From NCBI GenBank assembly GCA_965153285.1, contig OZ229112.1: DNA of 64,000 nt; one strand, 5' to 3'. This document shows positions 62,217 to 64,000 of this stretch, piece by piece. Numbering within the stretch: position 1 is the stretch's first letter; every line of letters starts with the position of its first letter. A model generated the notes under the pieces. That model was not told the origin of the DNA and did no database searches. It was given only the letters and a program-made list of their open reading frames with translations. The translations under genes and the position numbers were made by a program. The stretch is from Podarcis tiliguerta (taxonomy: Eukaryota).

Positions 62217-64000
62217 CTAAAGGAAGGGGGGGAGGTAAAGAGGGTGCGAGAAAAAAGAGGCAGAAGGAACTTAGGAAAGAAATTGCACAAGGTATCGGAT
62301 GGCTGTTGAAGGAAAAGATAAAAGTAGTTGCATCATCTAAGCACTTAATGCCCATGAAACAGTTGTCAAGATGTTTCCTTTCATCAGTGCAGCAAGAGCT
62401 TGTTTGAAAGGGTAATAAATTTATAGCTTTCATTTTGGCATTACCTCATCTTGTGCAACAACTCTGCATCCTGGGCCAGTATCTACAGTATAACAAGCAA
62501 TACAGCTACATGCATACACTCTTCTTCCAAAGTCTGTGAGTGCACAAATCTGTTTTTCCTTCCCTGTGCAAAGTAAGGAAATTGCAAGATTTCCCTAGTG
62601 CAAAACTCGGTCTTATCTGTACCTTATGGATTTAGATTGTGAATTCCACATCACATTTGAAGTCACTGGCAACTTTTCTATTGGTCTTTGCAGATTTAGA
62701 TTAATACCAGTTACTTATTTTTAATATACCTCCCCTCATCTTTGCCCTATCTCTGACTAGCGCTACAGCTTACACCAATGCAATGAAAAGGCTGTAAAAT
62801 CAACGCGGTTAGGAAAGCAGAAGAGCAAATTAACAGAAGTCTCTTTGCAGCATAACCATGCAAGAGAAGGCATTGCAAAACTTCAACTAAAAATTAGAAG
62901 TGGCCAAACTAACATTTCATGCACACGGTTGTGTTTCCCCCCATTAACTAGAAAATGAATTAATTATTAATATGAATTAATTAGACGTCGATGTTTCCTG
63001 CTGGCTATCACCCAGGTTTTTGGTTTTTTTCTGCAGTTACCGTATTAATTTTATTACATATACAAATTCAGTAATAGCCAGCTCTGGGTTTCATACATGC
63101 AGTTATAGAATCTAACTTTCCTCAAAGAAACATTACCAAACATGCATAAAAAAAATAAAAAATGGACCTTATTTGGGCTGTGATTCCCAAACCATTTGGT
63201 CTGGAGCAATAGTCCTGTCTCCCCAACGCCAATTCAAGACTATGTATTCTCAACTTGCAGGGCATGTGGCACAAGTGGTCCCGGGAGGAGGATTCTGTGG
63301 CATTCTGGAATGGAGGCGACAGGCCCAGCGGTGTGGCCAGTGCAGAGAGACACACTCTGCCTGCCCCCTTCCATGCAGCGTTGCTCACTGACTTTGCAAG
63401 CTAGAGGGGAAGCCCCTTCAAGCTTTGGGGTAGGGGTGAGGTTCTGAATACATACAAGTAGCACTTTTTAGAGCAGAGGTATGTGTCATACTTCAGACTT
63501 GACTTGTGCCACATTTGCCCAAAAGAGTGAGCAAGACCGCCTACAATGGCTTGAGGATCACAGGCCAGGAGTGCAACATATAGCTGAAGGTGAGGAATAC
63601 AGCGGAGAGAAAGAGAAGAAAACCAAGAACCAGGCACTACATTTTCATTATGCACAGTGTTCGGAAGTTCTCAGAAACAAAGATGTCTCCTCGGGATAAA
63701 ACCTGATGGCAACCAATTGTTGCTGTTCTTTTTTAAATAGCAGTCCATTTACACATAAAAGCAAACATGGTGGAATTAGTGCACCACTGTAATTTGGAGA
63801 TGGGGGGGGGAGCAAATGCTTATGGGGGGGGTGGAGAGCAATGTGATGTCTCGCCCTCTTCAAATGGAAATATAGAGCCTTGATTAGTGTCAGAAGAAGA
63901 GGGGGAGGGAAAAGGGGGAAAAGAGAAGCACTGGGGTAAAGCTGCTATCCCTCTGTCCAAGCACACAGTGACATTCTTACTGGTAATGCCTGTTGCCCTT

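Noticed and set aside
62445-62482. Possible 38-nt cryptic exon in MYB intron 8
   Set aside because: AG/GT boundaries are present but the pyrimidine tract is weak and no homology is recognisable

Overview
Vertebrate (squamate, probably lacertid lizard, judged from its SINE families) nuclear DNA holding the convergent 3' ends of two genes. On the + strand are the last five coding exons of AHI1 (Jouberin; SH3 exon plus C-terminal tail, stop at 15735-15737). On the - strand are exons 9, 9B and 10-15 of the proto-oncogene MYB (c-Myb; human exon numbering recalled from memory; stop at 48331-48333) with a ~1.4 kb 3' UTR rich in miR-150 seed sites. All exons were traced with splice sites and consistent phase; MYB intron 12 uses a non-canonical GC donor. 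The ~30 kb intergenic interval and the introns contain squamate repeats (CR1, L2, BovB, Sauria and Squam3-type SINEs, Tc1/mariner, Harbinger- and hAT-like MITEs, a possible solo LTR), several dense transcription-factor motif clusters (candidate MYB enhancers) and a ~150 bp near-perfect hairpin. No prokaryotic-type system, CRISPR array, RNA gene or additional protein-coding gene could be supported, and most ORFs in the supplied track are spurious.
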